Origin: Chiloscyllium plagiosum
Lineage: Eukaryota
NCBI RefSeq assembly: GCF_004010195.1
Contig: NC_057718.1
Coordinates: forward strand, 48,853,859 to 48,901,594
Direction: 5' to 3'
DNA: 47,736 bases
Part shown: positions 35,284 through 47,736 of the stretch, one piece after another
How positions within the stretch are numbered: the first letter of the stretch is position 1
How the letters are laid out: every line of letters begins with the position of its first letter
Notes under the pieces: generated by a model
What the model was told of the DNA's origin: nothing
Seen by the model: the letters and a program-made list of their open reading frames with translations, nothing else
Databases searched by the model: none
Translations under genes and position numbers: made by a program

Positions 35284-37784
35284 AGGCCCCCCCAATAGCA
35301 ACAGAGACACGGAGGGGCAGATTGGGAGGCAGATTTTGGTAATGTCTGCAAGTAACAGGAATGTTATCATGGGTAACTTTAACTTCCCGAATATTGATTG
35401 GAACCTACTAAGTTTGGATGGAGCAGTTTTTATCACATGTGTCCAGGGGGTTCCTGATGCAATATGTAGATAGGCTGACTAGAGGGGAGGCCATATTGGA
35501 TTTGGTGCTTGGCAATGAAATATACTATGTGTCAGATCTCTCGAAAGGAGAGCATTTCGATGTTAGTGATCACAACTCCATGACCTTTACGATTCTCATG
35601 GAGAGGGATAGGAGCAGATGGTATGGGAAAGTATTTAATTGGGGGAGGGGGAATTACAATGCTATTAGTCAGAAATTGGGGCACTTAAATTGGAACAGAT
35701 GTTTTCAGGGAAATACACAACAGAAATATGGAGGTTGTTTAGGAAGCACCTGCTGATAGTGCTGGACAGGTTAGTCCCACTGAGACAGGAAGGAATGGTA
35801 GGTTTAAAGAACCTTGTGGAACATCTAACATCTAGTCAAGAGGAAGAAGGAAGCTTACTTAAGGTTGAAGAAGCAAGGATCAGACAGGGCTTTACAAGGT
35901 TACAAGGTATCCAGGCAGGAACTGAAGAATAGACTTAGGACAACAAGAAAGGGGCATGAAAAAGCTTTAGCAATCAGATTAAGGAAAACCTCATGGCATT
36001 CTACACTTATGTGAAGAACAAGACAATTGCCAGAGTGAGGGTAGGGCCAATCAGGGATATTGGGGGGGACTTGCGCCGGGAGCCGAAGGAGGTATGGGAG
36101 GTCCATAACACTTTGCTTCAGTATTCACTACTGAGCGGGACCTTGATGTTTATGGAGACAGTGTGAAACAGACTGATATGCTTGAACAGGTTGATGGTAA
36201 GAAGGAGGATGTGCTGAAAATTTTAAAAATCATAAGGATAGATAAATCCCCTGGGCCAGATGGGATATACCCTAGGTTACTACAGGAAGTGAGGGAAGAG
36301 ATTGCTGCGCCTTTGGCGATGATCTTTGCATCCTCACTATCCACTGGAGTAGTGCCAGATTATTGGAGTTTGGCAAATGTTATTCCCTTGTTCAAGAAAG
36401 GGAATAGGGATAATTCTGGGAATTACAGACCAGTCAGTCTTATGTTAATGGTGGGCAAAGTATTGGAGAGGATTCTGAGAGACAGGATTTAGGATTACTT
36501 GGAAAACCATAGTTTGATTAGAGATAGCATGGCTTTGTGAGGGGCATGTCATATCTCAAAAACCTTACTGAATCCTTTGAGAATGTGGCAAAACACATTG
36601 ATGTAGGTAGAGCAGTGGATGTATGCATATGGATTTCAGCAAGTTGTTTGATAAGGTTCTCCATATTAGTCTCATTCAGAAAGTAAGGAGGCATGGGATG
36701 CAGGGAAATCTGTCTGTCTAGATACAGAATTGGCTGACTCATAGAAAACAGAGGGTGATGATAGATGGAAAGTATTCAGCCTGAAGCTCGGTGACCAGTG
36801 GTGTTCCACAGGGATCATTTCTGGGACTCTGCTCTTTGTGATTTTCATAAATGACTTGAATGAGGAAGTAGAAGGGTGGGTTAGTAAGTTTGCAGATGAT
36901 ACGAAGGTTGGTGGAGTTGTGCATAGTGTGGAGGGCTGCTGAAAGTTGCAATGTGACATTGACAGGATGCAGAGCTGGCCTGAGAAGCGGCAGATGGAGT
37001 TCAACGTGAAAAAGTGTGAAGTCATTCACTTTGGAAGATCAGATTTGAATGCAGAATACAGGATTAAATGCAGGAGTCTTGGCAGTGTGGAGGAACAGAG
37101 GAATCTTGGGGGTCTGTGTCCATAGATCCCTCAAAGTTGCCATCCAGGCTGTTACAGTTGTTAAGAAGGCACATGGTGTATTGGCTTTCATTAACAGAGG
37201 GATTGAGTTTCAGAGCCATGAGGCTATGCTGCAGCTCTATAGAGCTCTGGTTAGACCACACTTGGAATATTGTGTTCAGTTCTGGTTGCCTCATTATAAG
37301 AAAGATGTGGAAGCTTTAGAGACAGTGCAGAGGAGATTTACCAGGATGCTGCCTGGACTGGAGGGCATGTTTTATGAAGAAAGGTTGAGGGAGCTAGGGC
37401 TTTTCTCATTGGAGTGAAGTAGGAAGAGAGGTTACTTGATAGAGATGTATAAGATGTTGAGAGGCATACATAGAGAGGATAGCCATGGATCTTTCCCATG
37501 GTGAAAATGTCTATCATGAAGTGGCACAATTTTAAGGTGATTGGAGGAAAGTTTAGGGGAGATGTCAGAGGTAGGTTCTTCAGACAGAGAGTGGCGGACA
37601 CATGAAATGCACTGCCAGCAGTGGTAGTACAGTCAGATACATTAGGGACATTTAAGCAACTCTTGGATAGGCTCATGGAAGTTAGTGCAATGAAGGATAT
37701 GTAGGTTCTTAGAGTACAATAAAAGTCTGGCACAACATCGAGGGCTGAAGGGCCTGTACTGTGTTGTGCTGTTCTATGTTCTAT
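35284..37784 (+). mobile_element. 5'-truncated CR1 LINE ORF2 (EN-RT), inactivated
   Basis: MGNFNFPNIDW, SDHNS, KSPGPDGIYPRLL, GNYRPVSL, GVPQGS, KFADD (36886-36900); frameshifts and stops; tail gttctatgttctat. Confidence 0.96.
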
Positions 37785-38774
37785 ATATATGAACACTAAA
37801 AATTTGCCTCCAAATGTCAAATATACTAATGTTTAAGAAAGTCAATTGTCACAAACATTGGATATATAATTTGGAAAACTTAAGAGTGATAAATTCTCTT
37901 TCATATAGTTCCTCCATGTACAATATGTTGTTGCTACTTGCCCTAACTGTGCTCAGAAGACTATGCAGGTTAAGACTACAGAGTTATATGTTAATAGTTT
38001 GAATCAGTAGAATTTCTGCCACATGGCCTGATTACATTCTGGACTAAGAAACGCTCAGGTTATTTAGAAACTCTGATGTCACCACTGTTATATACTTCTT
38101 GTGGAAACATCCTGTTGATTAGTGAATTCAAAATGAGCAGATGGTACTTCTCTGTTCACAAATTGCATTTCACCCTGCTGAAGGAACAAGTCCATCTGGT
38201 GCAGTTACAATTTGCTAATCAGACGGGCAAAACATTGTAAAAGAAACAATAGAGTTTTTTTTGAGGGTGGAGAATTTTTAACCTTAAAACCTTTCACTCC
38301 TTACATCAAACACATTTTTGTATGTGTCAGAAACATGAACCTTTACAATGCAGTACTCATGTTTTTATATCACACTTAATTAAAACGAAGATAAAGGTAA
38401 TAATTTTAAAGAGGTTAGAGGAAACGCTGATATTGTACAGAAAGACTGGGGCCTTTACTGAGTGTTGTTAAGGAATGTTGTTGTGGCTGGCCAACTGGGG
38501 CTGTGCTCTTAGTCTTGATGAATGTTATTATCAAATTCAGATATCCTGTATCAATTTTGAGATGCTAATATTGATTTAAATAGCATAAACATAAATTAAC
38601 TGAATCATACCAAAAGGAACATGTAGTATTCTAAGCTTGTGATCTTTGTTAAAAAAAATTATGGTAAATAGCTGCACAGACAGTCATGGCACGCACACAG
38701 GGCAAAGGATCAGAAATAAGAGGCCCCAGTGCAGCTCCTGGCCAGGGTATACCCACCCTCTTGGTTATAGTTAC

Positions 38775-38856
38775 AAATCACACAACACCAGGTTATAGTC
38801 CAACAGGTTTATTTGGAAGCACTAGCATTTGGAGCGCTGCTCCCTCATCAAGTGGC
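38775..38856 (-). mobile_element. Penelope pLTR fragment (family of 15822-16021) with mutated hammerhead
   Basis: Minus strand CAC-TTGATGA-G-GGAGC-AGC-GCTCC-AAAT-GCTA-GTG; shares ccaggttatagtccaacagg. Confidence 0.75.
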
Positions 38857-38960
38857 TGTCTTGGTTCTGACAGCCTACTTCCCATGGGTCCTCCACTCGC
38901 CTACCTTGGCCAACTTGGTGAGTGCCCAGTCCATCTGCAGCCCCACAATTTGACATTCCT

Positions 38961-39484
38961 CCCAAAATTGGCAATAGCCAAGTAATTCTTGTCAGGAACT
39001 GAGAAACCATATATCCAACCCTGATCTGACCACAACATTCAGAGTTGCATTTAGGTGATTTCTACTCTGGAAGTTTGTGGACAGGATTCTTCAATCAACA
39101 GTGGAGAGGGTTATTATCAAAACCATGGGTGAGGGGACTAGGAGTGGGGTGTCAGGTGGGTAGTTCCCTCACCCACCTGGCACCCAACCTTTACTATTTT
39201 TATCCATCTGGCACTCTAGTCATGCTTACCTTACACTTACCCTTGCACAGAAGCTGGCACAGTGACTTGTGGTGCTGTTGGATATTTAAATGACAGAACA
39301 TGCTGCAAAACAGAAGCCATGGTTTTGATAATAACCCTCTCCACTGCTGGTTCAAGAATCCTGTCCACAAATTTCCAGAGTAGAAATTATCTAAATGCAA
39401 CTCTGAATGTTGTGGTCAGATAAGGGTTGGATATACGGTTTCCCAGTTCCTGACAGAAATTATTTGGCTATTGCCAATTTGGGG
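38961..39484. repeat. Long inverted repeat, 168-bp arms, 188-bp spacer
   Basis: 38961-39128 vs 39317-39484, gapless, ~13 mismatches by eye (~92% identity). Confidence 0.95.
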
Positions 39485-41389
39485 ATCCAACCTATATTTT
39501 TCCATTATTGTGGTGCTTGCTGGTTTTGTTTTTTGGCCAGATTTTAAACCAAATACATGAACTTATATAAAACTGCGAATTAACATGCAAGCCAAATATA
39601 TCTGGTATAACAGTTTAATATAAATTATTCTGTGAACCACTGCGATCAGTTAAAAAAAAAAGCCTATACTTTCAGTCTTTATGAAAACAACAAAAAGATT
39701 ATGTTTCTATTGAATTGTCCATGAAAGATTTCAGAATTAAATGAATAAATGGGAATATCGGCTAAGGAAAGTTAATACTTACACTCCAATAACCATACAA
39801 TGACTAACTCTTTTTGAAACACCATTCACATTGTACACTATCAATCTTTGTGACAATGCTGAATAATCTGCAACACTCTATGTTGTTAAACGTTGAAAGT
39901 TTCTTTGCCTATTTAAGCAGAATGTATTTCATTTCTGCAGGGAATTTCAAGCTGCATTTATACTTTTTTAGCTGCACAAAATCATTTTCACGAATGTTGC
40001 ATTGTTCTCTCAAATTACAATTTATTAAAATTTCTTAATGGCTCATAACTTCCTTTGTACCTAGGGTGCCTTCTCTCAACTCACCTAAATACTACAATTA
40101 CTCAGGCTAAAATTTATGTTGTTATGACTAAGTCCAGAGGGGTGAATAAATTCCACTCTCTCACTCCTGGGATGGCCTATCACAGAGTTTGTATTTTTAA
40201 AAAGATGTGCTTTTTCAATTCAATGTGTATTTGACCACATGTAAATCTATGAAGAGTCAAGCCAGCCAGATCTTGAGTTAGCAAGTAAAGGCTTTTTTCA
40301 ATCAGTTTTATTTTTAAAATATACTCAATTAAAAGTATAAATATTACTAAATCCTATGATAAACACATGCACCAGAATGTTAAGTTAAAGAATAGAGCAA
40401 GGTGGAATTGGAAAAAAGCTATAAAGTGCATCAGAGAAAAAGAAATATTATTTCTGATGTTCCTTTAATTGCCTGGTACTCTAGTGGAGCTGCAGCCAAT
40501 TTAAAACGGTTGTTTGACTGTTGGTAAAGTTATCTCAATTGTCAAGAGAACATTGGTATTAAAAGTAAGCAATCCTCAGTAGTTTTGGAAAATTAAAGTG
40601 GATTTAGGATGGTGATTTTCATGGTCATCCAAATTTATCTTAAGGCCTGTGAATTAAATGGCTTTACATTCATTCAAACTTTAAGTTTTAAGAACCAGAA
40701 TAAAGTAGATGGTCAGTCCAATTCCTTCCTGCCCACCTCTGACCTATCCTGCACATTGTGGGAGCAGGTAAGGTATCAGGCAACCTGACCATCCTTAGGA
40801 CCTAATGGATTTCATTTCATGTCTACCTCTATAATACACGTGGCTACGGAAAGCAGAAGGAAGGTGACCAGCCTGTAGGTTTCACTGCATGTGTTTAAGG
40901 CAGCCAGATAGGGATGGTACCGCTTGTGCTTATTCAGCCACCCAGTTAAGGTGGTAGCTTTGCCATCATTGTGCAACTAAACCCTGAGCCCCCAGCTACC
41001 AGAGACACCACAGTCCCCTTGCTTTTGTCTCCAGTCCCTACGTGACCAAAATCCTGAACTCATCTTCAATGTGGGAGATACATTCAGATCTTCGTGGAAC
41101 TCCTTGGAGTTTCAGCCATCAACACTACATTTTTCAGGATTACAGAGTTGCTGGCCATTTCGATTAGTCTGCACTTCTTGAGAGAGCCTGCATAAAATTC
41201 TCCCCAGTAAAACTACAGGAAATTTACTACAGCAAAGTAGGCCATTTGTGACTATACTGAATGAGAAAAGATAATTCAGTCTAACTCCATCTTGCAGTTG
41301 TTGGTACTTAGCCCACCAGGTTATGATACTTGAAGTAAATTTATAAGAATTTTTAAAATGCATTGTAGTTTCTGTTTCTATGTTCCTTT

Positions 41390-41660
41390 CCAAACTCCCA
41401 GCTCCTTAAGGTGAAAATATTTCTCCTTAACGTGCCTTGAACCATTTTGCTAAGTATTTTAAATGTTTGGTCCTGATTATTGATTAAAAGAAATGGGCGC
41501 TTCTTATTTGTTTTGTCTAGGTCTATAATAATTTTAAACGCCTCAATTAAATTCCCCTCAACCTCCATGTTTGAAAGAAAATAATCACAGCCTATCCGAT
41601 GTTGCACTCATATCTAAATATTACAATCCCAGGCAGTATCCTTATAAATCTTCTCTGCAG
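41390..41660 (-). mobile_element. Decayed CR1 3' fragment
   Basis: VEGNLIEAFKIIIDLDK...RRNIFTLRSW. Confidence 0.7.
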
Positions 41661-41664
41661 AGGA

Positions 41665-42310
41665 GGTAAGCATGCAGGTGATCAAGAAGGTGTGTTGGCC
41701 TTGAAAGTGAGAAGATTTGAGTATGGGGTAGGGATGACTTGCTGCAACTATACAAGATTTCAGTGAGACCACACCTTTAACATTGTATGTAGTTTTATTC
41801 TTTTTATCTGGGGAAGGATGTTCTTGCTCTCCAAGGAGTGCAGTGAAGGTTTACTAGACTGATTCCTGTGATGGTAGAACTGATGTATGAGGACAGAATG
41901 AATCACTCAGGTGTATATTTGCTGGAGTTCAGAAGAATGACAGGAGATCTCATGCAAATGTACAATATTCTGATATTGGACTGGGGTCACTGTCTAAAGA
42001 TACAGGGTGAAGAGAAATTTCTTCAGCCTAAGAGTGTTGAGCCTGTGGAATTCACTACCACAGAGAGCAGTCGAGGCCAAAACAGTGTATGCTTTCAAGA
42101 AGGAGTTGGATACAACACTTCGGGCTAAAGAGATCAAAAGATATGGGAGTGGGGGCGGTGGGGGGGGGTGGTGGATGGTGCGAGGGAGGAGGGTGATGGT
42201 GGTGGGAAGTGTGAACAAGTTATTGTGTTGGATGGTCAGCCATGATTATCATGAAAGGCAGAGAATGCTTGAAGGGCTGAATGGCCTATGCTAGTTCCTA
42301 TTTTCTACAT
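41665..42310 (+). mobile_element. CR1 3' fragment
   Basis: LMYEDRMNHSGVYLLEFRRMTGDL; RNFFSLRVLSLWNSLPQRAVEAK. Confidence 0.85.
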
Positions 42311-42394
42311 TTTTAATGTTTACCTTTCCTATTGCAATAACATCTTTCCCATAAAATGGAGATCTGCCTTAATCAGATCAACTCCAGCAGAACC

Positions 42395-42825
42395 TTAGAA
42401 GCTTGACACCATTCAGGAAAAAGCAGGCCATTTTACTGCATCCCATTCATAATTTCAACATTCAGCAACAATGGCAGGAGAGTGGTGTACCTACAAAATG
42501 CACAAATGCAGTAACAAACCAAGGCTCCTGTGACAGTACCTTACAAACCCATGACCTCTGGCATCTAGAAGGACCAAGGCAGCAGATACATAGGAACACT
42601 ATGGCCTGTATAGTCCCTTGCAAAGTACACCATCCTGGCTTGGAACGTTCCTTCACTGTCACTGGGTCAAAATCCTGGAACTGTCTTCCTACCAGGATGA
42701 TGGACGTACCTATACCCAGGATTGCAAAAACTTTAGAAGTCAGCTCATCATCATCTTCTCAAAAGCAATTAAGTTTTGGCAATAAGTGCTAGCTTAATAA
42801 ATGACACCCACATCCCATGAGCAAA
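42395..42825 (+). mobile_element. L2/CR1-type LINE C-terminus and tail
   Basis: LDTIQEKA...RSFTVTGSKSWNCLP; tail gacacccacatcccatga. Confidence 0.75.
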
Positions 42826-43639
42826 CTGAAAAAAAGAACTGAACGCATGATTCTAACTGTGATCTAACTCGTGTTTCTTACCAAGTAGTATCAAACTAGT
42901 ACAATGTCACTACTCTTATAATCATAACTCGGACAATAAGGGAAAATATTCTGTATGCCTTCCTAGTTATTTTATCTAGCCACCTTGGTACATTCAATGC
43001 TCTGTTCACATACTCTCCAAATATCTGCGCCTTCAGGTTTTGCAATGCTCTTTGATTTATTACATATTCCCTTTGCCTTACCTGCCCTCCCCAAACACAT
43101 CACCTTACGTCTCCACAGTGTTGCAATCCTCCTAGAGACCGTTAAGGTTTGAAAAGAAATTTGAACTCCCAGCAAGATAGATGTATGCCACGAGATTATA
43201 CAAAAACAAACTTTATGGCAAATAAGATGAATTAACAAAGGAAGCTCTAAAATATGACACAATAGTTGAGAATTACTTGTGCTATGAACTCAGTTCTATT
43301 TTTACTTACCTTCAAAAAATCATTTCTATGTTACAATGATATAAGCAAAGGCATGCTTGGATGCTCTTGAGTTCTTTTTAATTCTCCTCAATGTTCCAAC
43401 TATCCTCCAAGGTAAAATTTTATGGGAGTTCTTTCATTACTATTTTTGCCTACATGACCCTTCACCTTTTTGCTTACTCACTTCACAGCTTTGGTTGCTT
43501 CAGTCTCTTGTTCACTTTGTTGACTGACACATAACTGCCTTCTCATAACTTCCTAGTTAGCTCTGTTGATTGCTTTCTGCTTCAAGCCTTGGTGATAATT
43601 TCAATGGATTTCTTCCACAAGGTGAAAGCTAAAACAAAT

Positions 43640-43851
43640 CACAGAATCATAGAATCACAACAGTGTAGAAGCAGGCCATTTGGCCCATCAAGTCCACACC
43701 GACCCTCCACAGAGCATTCCACCCAGACCCATGCCGTTACCTTATTCCTGTAACCCTGCATTTCTCATGGCTAATCCACCTAGCCCACATATCCTTGGAT
43801 CCTGTGGACAATTTACCAAGATCAATCTACCTAACCTGCACATCTTTGGAC
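43640..43851 (-). mobile_element. HE1-type SINE 3' half
   Basis: Minus strand agtccaaagatgtgcaggttagg...cacactgttgtgattctatgattct. Confidence 0.85.
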
Positions 43852-44242
43852 TAGATATTCCATCTTTGTCACACTCACAAAATCCAAACTGAATTAGAGT
43901 CCTGCACATTCATTGTGCAGAGAAATGCAGTTAGTACTTTCTTACTCAAAGTGCAGATCTAACAGACTATCACTTCTCATGAACTCTCTTATTCAGGCGA
44001 GATGCAGTCTACAACAAAGCAATACTACAACTATCTCTAGCTGTTACCAAATGAATTACTTTCCTTTCTACCATTTAACAAACTCAGGGAAATAAATATT
44101 GATGTTTTGAAAGGGTAGTATCGCAGGTAAAGTATTGTTTGCAATTCTCTTTGAACCACCCCAGAGAATGTCACACTACAATTGAGATAATGATTAGGAT
44201 GGTGCCTTGGTTAGATTGCCCTTTTGTTTAAATTATCTGTGC

Positions 44243-47230
44243 CATAGAGTGAAAAAACAGACCCTTTGATCCTACCAGTACAGGCTGACCATGTTCCCAA
44301 ACTAAACTGGTTCTACCTGCCTGCATTTGGCCTCCACTGTAAAATATGTTTGTCCCTCCAATCATTTCCTATTCATGTACTTATCCAAATGTCCTCTAAA
44401 TGTTATAACTGTTCCTGCAGCACTCCTTCTGGCAGTTCATTCTACACACTAACCACTCTCTGTGGAAAAAAAAAGTCCCTCCTTTCCTTTTTAAACCTTT
44501 CTCCTTTCACCTTAAAAATATCCCTGCTCATTTTGAACTCCCCCACTTTAGTGCAAAGACCTTTGGTATACACACTATCTATGCTCCCCATGATTTTAAA
44601 ACCTCTATATGATCACCTCTCAAACTTTTACGCTCCAGAGAAAATGTCCCAGCCTATTTTTATAACTCAAATCCTCTATTTCCAGCAATATCTGAGTAAA
44701 TTATTTCTGAACCCTCTCTAGTTTAACAATATCCTTCCTATGACAAGGCGACCAGAACTGTAGAACTGCAGTACTCCAGAAGAGGCAAAACCAACGTCTT
44801 GTAAAATCTCAACATGATGTCCCAACTCCTATATTCAAAAGGTAATACCTCACATTTATCCAAATGAAACTCCATCTACCACTCCTCAGCCCATTGACCC
44901 AGTAGACCAAGATCTTTTTGTAATCTTAGATAGCCTTCTTCACTGCCCACTATATCACCCATTTTGGTGTCATCCACAAACTTAGTAACCATGCCTCCTA
45001 TATTCTTATCTAAATAATTTATATAAATGACAAACAAAAATCGACCCAATACCGATCCCTATGGGACACCGCTGGCCTCAGGCCTCCAGTCTGAAAAACA
45101 ACCCTCCCTCTCCATCCTCTGTCTCCCACCATAAAGCCAATTTTGTGTCCAATTAGCAAGCTCATCCTAAATCCCATGTAATCTAACTTTGCAAACCCTT
45201 ATCAAAGGCTTTACTGAAGTTCAAGTAAACCAAATCTACCACTCTGCCCTCTTCAATATTTTTGGTTACTTTCTCAAAAAACTCAATCAAGTTTGTGAGA
45301 CATGATCTCCCTCCCACAAAACCTTGCTGATTTTCCCTAATCATTCCTTGTCTCTCCAAGTGTGTGTCAATCGTATCTTTCAGAATCACCTCCAACAACT
45401 TAACCACCATCGATATCAGATTCACGGGTCTATAATTTCCAGGCTTCTCCTTACAGCCTTTCTTAAGTAAAGGCATAACATTAGCTACTCCCCAGTCATC
45501 CAGTACCTCACCCATGGTTAGAGATGATACAAATATTTCTACTAGGGCCTCCACAATTTCCACCCTAACTTCCTACTATGTCCTGGGAAACATTTGGTCA
45601 GGCCCTGGAAATTTATTCACATTCGTATTTTCTAAGACCTCCAGTACTTTCTCTTCTGTAATGTGAACTATTTTCGAAACATCAATATTTATTTCCCTGA
45701 GTTCTCTAGCATCCATTTCTTTCTCCACAGTGAACATTGATGCAAAATATTCATTTAATATCTCTCCCCCCTCCTGAAGTTCAACACAAATATGACATAA
45801 TTGATCTTCAAGGATCCCTACTTTCTCTCTAGCTGATCTTTTGCTCTTAATGTACATGTTGCATGTCTTTGGATTATCCTTGACCTTATCTGCCAAGGCT
45901 ATGCCATATTCCTTCTTTGTTTTCCTGGTTTCCCTCCTAAGGATGCCCCTACACTTTTTATACTCTTCAAGAGATTCACTTGTTCCCAGTTGCCTATAGC
46001 CAATATATGGTTCTTTTTATTCTTGAGTAGAGCTTCAGTATCTTTTTCATCCATTGTTCCCTAATCATAATTGCCTTACTTTTAACTCTAACAGGAATAT
46101 AGTGCCCCTAACCTATTGTTATCACAGTTTCGAAAGCCTCCCACTTATCAGAAATCCCTTCACCTGTGAACAGTCTACTCCAAACAACTTTTGAAAGTTC
46201 TTGTCTCATATCATTAACATAGGCCTTACTCCAGTTAAGAATTTTAACTTTAAAGGAAGGTTTATTCTTTTCCATAACTACTTTAAAACTAATAGAATTA
46301 TGATCACTAGTCCCAAAGTGTTCCCCTAATAACACCTCCGTCACTTACCCTGCCTTATTTCCCAATAGAAGATCAGGTTTTGCTCCTTCCCTAGTAGAAA
46401 CATTTACATAATGCTAAAGAAAATGTTCTTGAATACATTTAACAAATTTCTCACCATCTAAACATTTAACTCTACAGCAGTCCCAGTCTATGTTTGGAAA
46501 ATTAAAATACCCTACTATTACAAGCCCATTATTCTTACATATATCTCAGATCACTCTTCATATTTGCTCCTCAATTTCCCTCTGTCTATTGGGGGGCCTA
46601 TAGTAAAATCCCATCAAGGTGATCATCTCTTTCTTATTTCTAATTTCAACCCATATATTTTCACTGGGCAATCTGTCAGAACTATCCTCCCTAATTACAG
46701 TAGTAACATTTTCCTACATCAAGAATGCCCCTCCTACTCCTTCCTTGCCTCTCCTTTTATCCTTCTGCTAGCATCTAAACCCTGCAACATTGACCTGCTG
46801 GTCCTGTCCTTCCCTCAACCAGGTTTCTGTTACAGCTACAACATCCCTGACCCATGTTCCGATATATGCCTTGAGTTTGACAGCCTTACTTGTAAGACCT
46901 CTTGAACTGAAATAAATACAATTTAATTCTTCTCAGAGTTACCTCATTCTTTGACTTACTCTTGTCTGTCTTTTCCAATTAACTTGCTCTTTTCTGATTC
47001 AGAACCATCCTCGTCTGTCTTTCTATTTTCCCTGCCTGATCGGAAACCCCGACTCCCTGTCTACCTTAGTTTACAGGCTCCTGAAATAGCACAAGCAGAT
47101 CGCCCCACAAGGATATTGGTCCCTTTCCAGTTCAGATGAAACCCATCTCTTTTGAGCAGGTCTTTTCTAATTCAGAAGAAATCCCAATGATCCAAGAATC
47201 TGAATCTCTGCACATTGCACAACCTCTTCA
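44243..47230 (-). mobile_element. Long decayed CR1 LINE (ORF1 C-terminus + ORF2 EN-RT with deletions)
   Basis: ORF1 esterase end RFLDHWDFF..KRDGFHLNWKGTNIL (47066-47230); GTSDHNSISF; KPGNYRPVNL; RSCLTNLIEFFE; FSKAFDK; KFVDDTK. Confidence 0.93.
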
Positions 47231-47464
47231 TCTTCTACTACTATTCTGGTTAATCAAGCAGTTCACATACTTAATGTAAAAACATGTATTGAGTAATAGA
47301 AATGTAATGCATATTACTGTTATACATTATTTACAGAATAAATCACTGAAAAACTAGTGTAACTTTGCTGTAAATACAACTTACCAGCAGAGAGCCTTCC
47401 AACCCGTACCCTCAACTGACTACTTGGACTTTGTCACATTTCAGGAGAAATTGACTCAAACTTT

Positions 47465-47736
47465 CAACAATAAGTATACCACTTTGGATACTGTTGGGGG
47501 GGATGGCCTAGCAGGGGTAAGCTGCAGTGACCGGGTCTCTGGCACGAGGTACGGCTCTGAGGCTCAGAAGGGAAAGGGGGAGAGGAGGAGAGCGCTAGTT
47601 ATAGGAGACTCTATAGTTAGAGGGACAGACAGGCGGTTCTGTGGACATGGGCGAGACTCTCGGATGGTTTGTTGTCTCCCGGGTGCCAGGGTCCGAGACG
47701 TCTCGGACCGTGTCTTCAGAATCCTTAAGGGGGAGG
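47465..47736 (+). mobile_element. Young CR1 LINE ORF1 (SGNH/GDSL esterase), runs off the window
   Basis: Open frame NNKYTTLDTVGG...RRALVIGDSIVRGTDRRFCG..DSRMVCCLPGARVRDVSDRV; CpG-rich; missed by the ORF track. Confidence 0.92.

Noticed and set aside
41390..42310. Twin-primed inverted LINE
   Set aside because: The two opposed pieces cover overlapping parts of ORF2 and differ in decay, so they are separate insertions
1..47736. CRISPR array, operon or other prokaryotic system
   Set aside because: No regularly spaced repeat-spacer array and no gene-dense coding; the content is vertebrate retroelement DNA
47066..47736. Single CR1 with an inverted 5' end
   Set aside because: The ORF1 pieces are separated by ~235 bp of unrelated DNA and differ greatly in age

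Overview
Repeat-rich, AT-rich vertebrate DNA with a 192-N assembly gap. The repeat content (HE1-type tRNA-derived V-SINEs, many CR1/HER1-type LINE fragments, Penelope-like elements) points to a cartilaginous fish, probably a shark; this is inferred from recalled repeat families, not from a search. I could not confidently identify any host protein-coding exon. The recognisable ORF-track entries are decayed retroelement frames or their antisense shadows, so the window looks like a large intron or gene desert. Roughly half is nested retroelement debris (CR1, L2-type, RTE, Penelope, a Ty3/Gypsy gag-pro relic missed by the ORF track) plus one hAT MITE. The most striking structure is a set of Penelope-like insertions from about four families. 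They carry minimal hammerhead-ribozyme cores (CUGANGA...GAAA), and several are reduced to ~100-500 bp fold-back hairpins with 12-14 bp target-site duplications and a one-sided ~30-40 nt tail. Also present are an unexplained 168-bp-arm inverted repeat and several TE-free, motif-dense blocks that may be conserved enhancers. I see no clearly new biological system. The hammerhead-bearing Penelope hairpins are the best lead, and their parent mechanism is already known. Family assignments are from memory of motifs, and boundaries of old elements are approximate.
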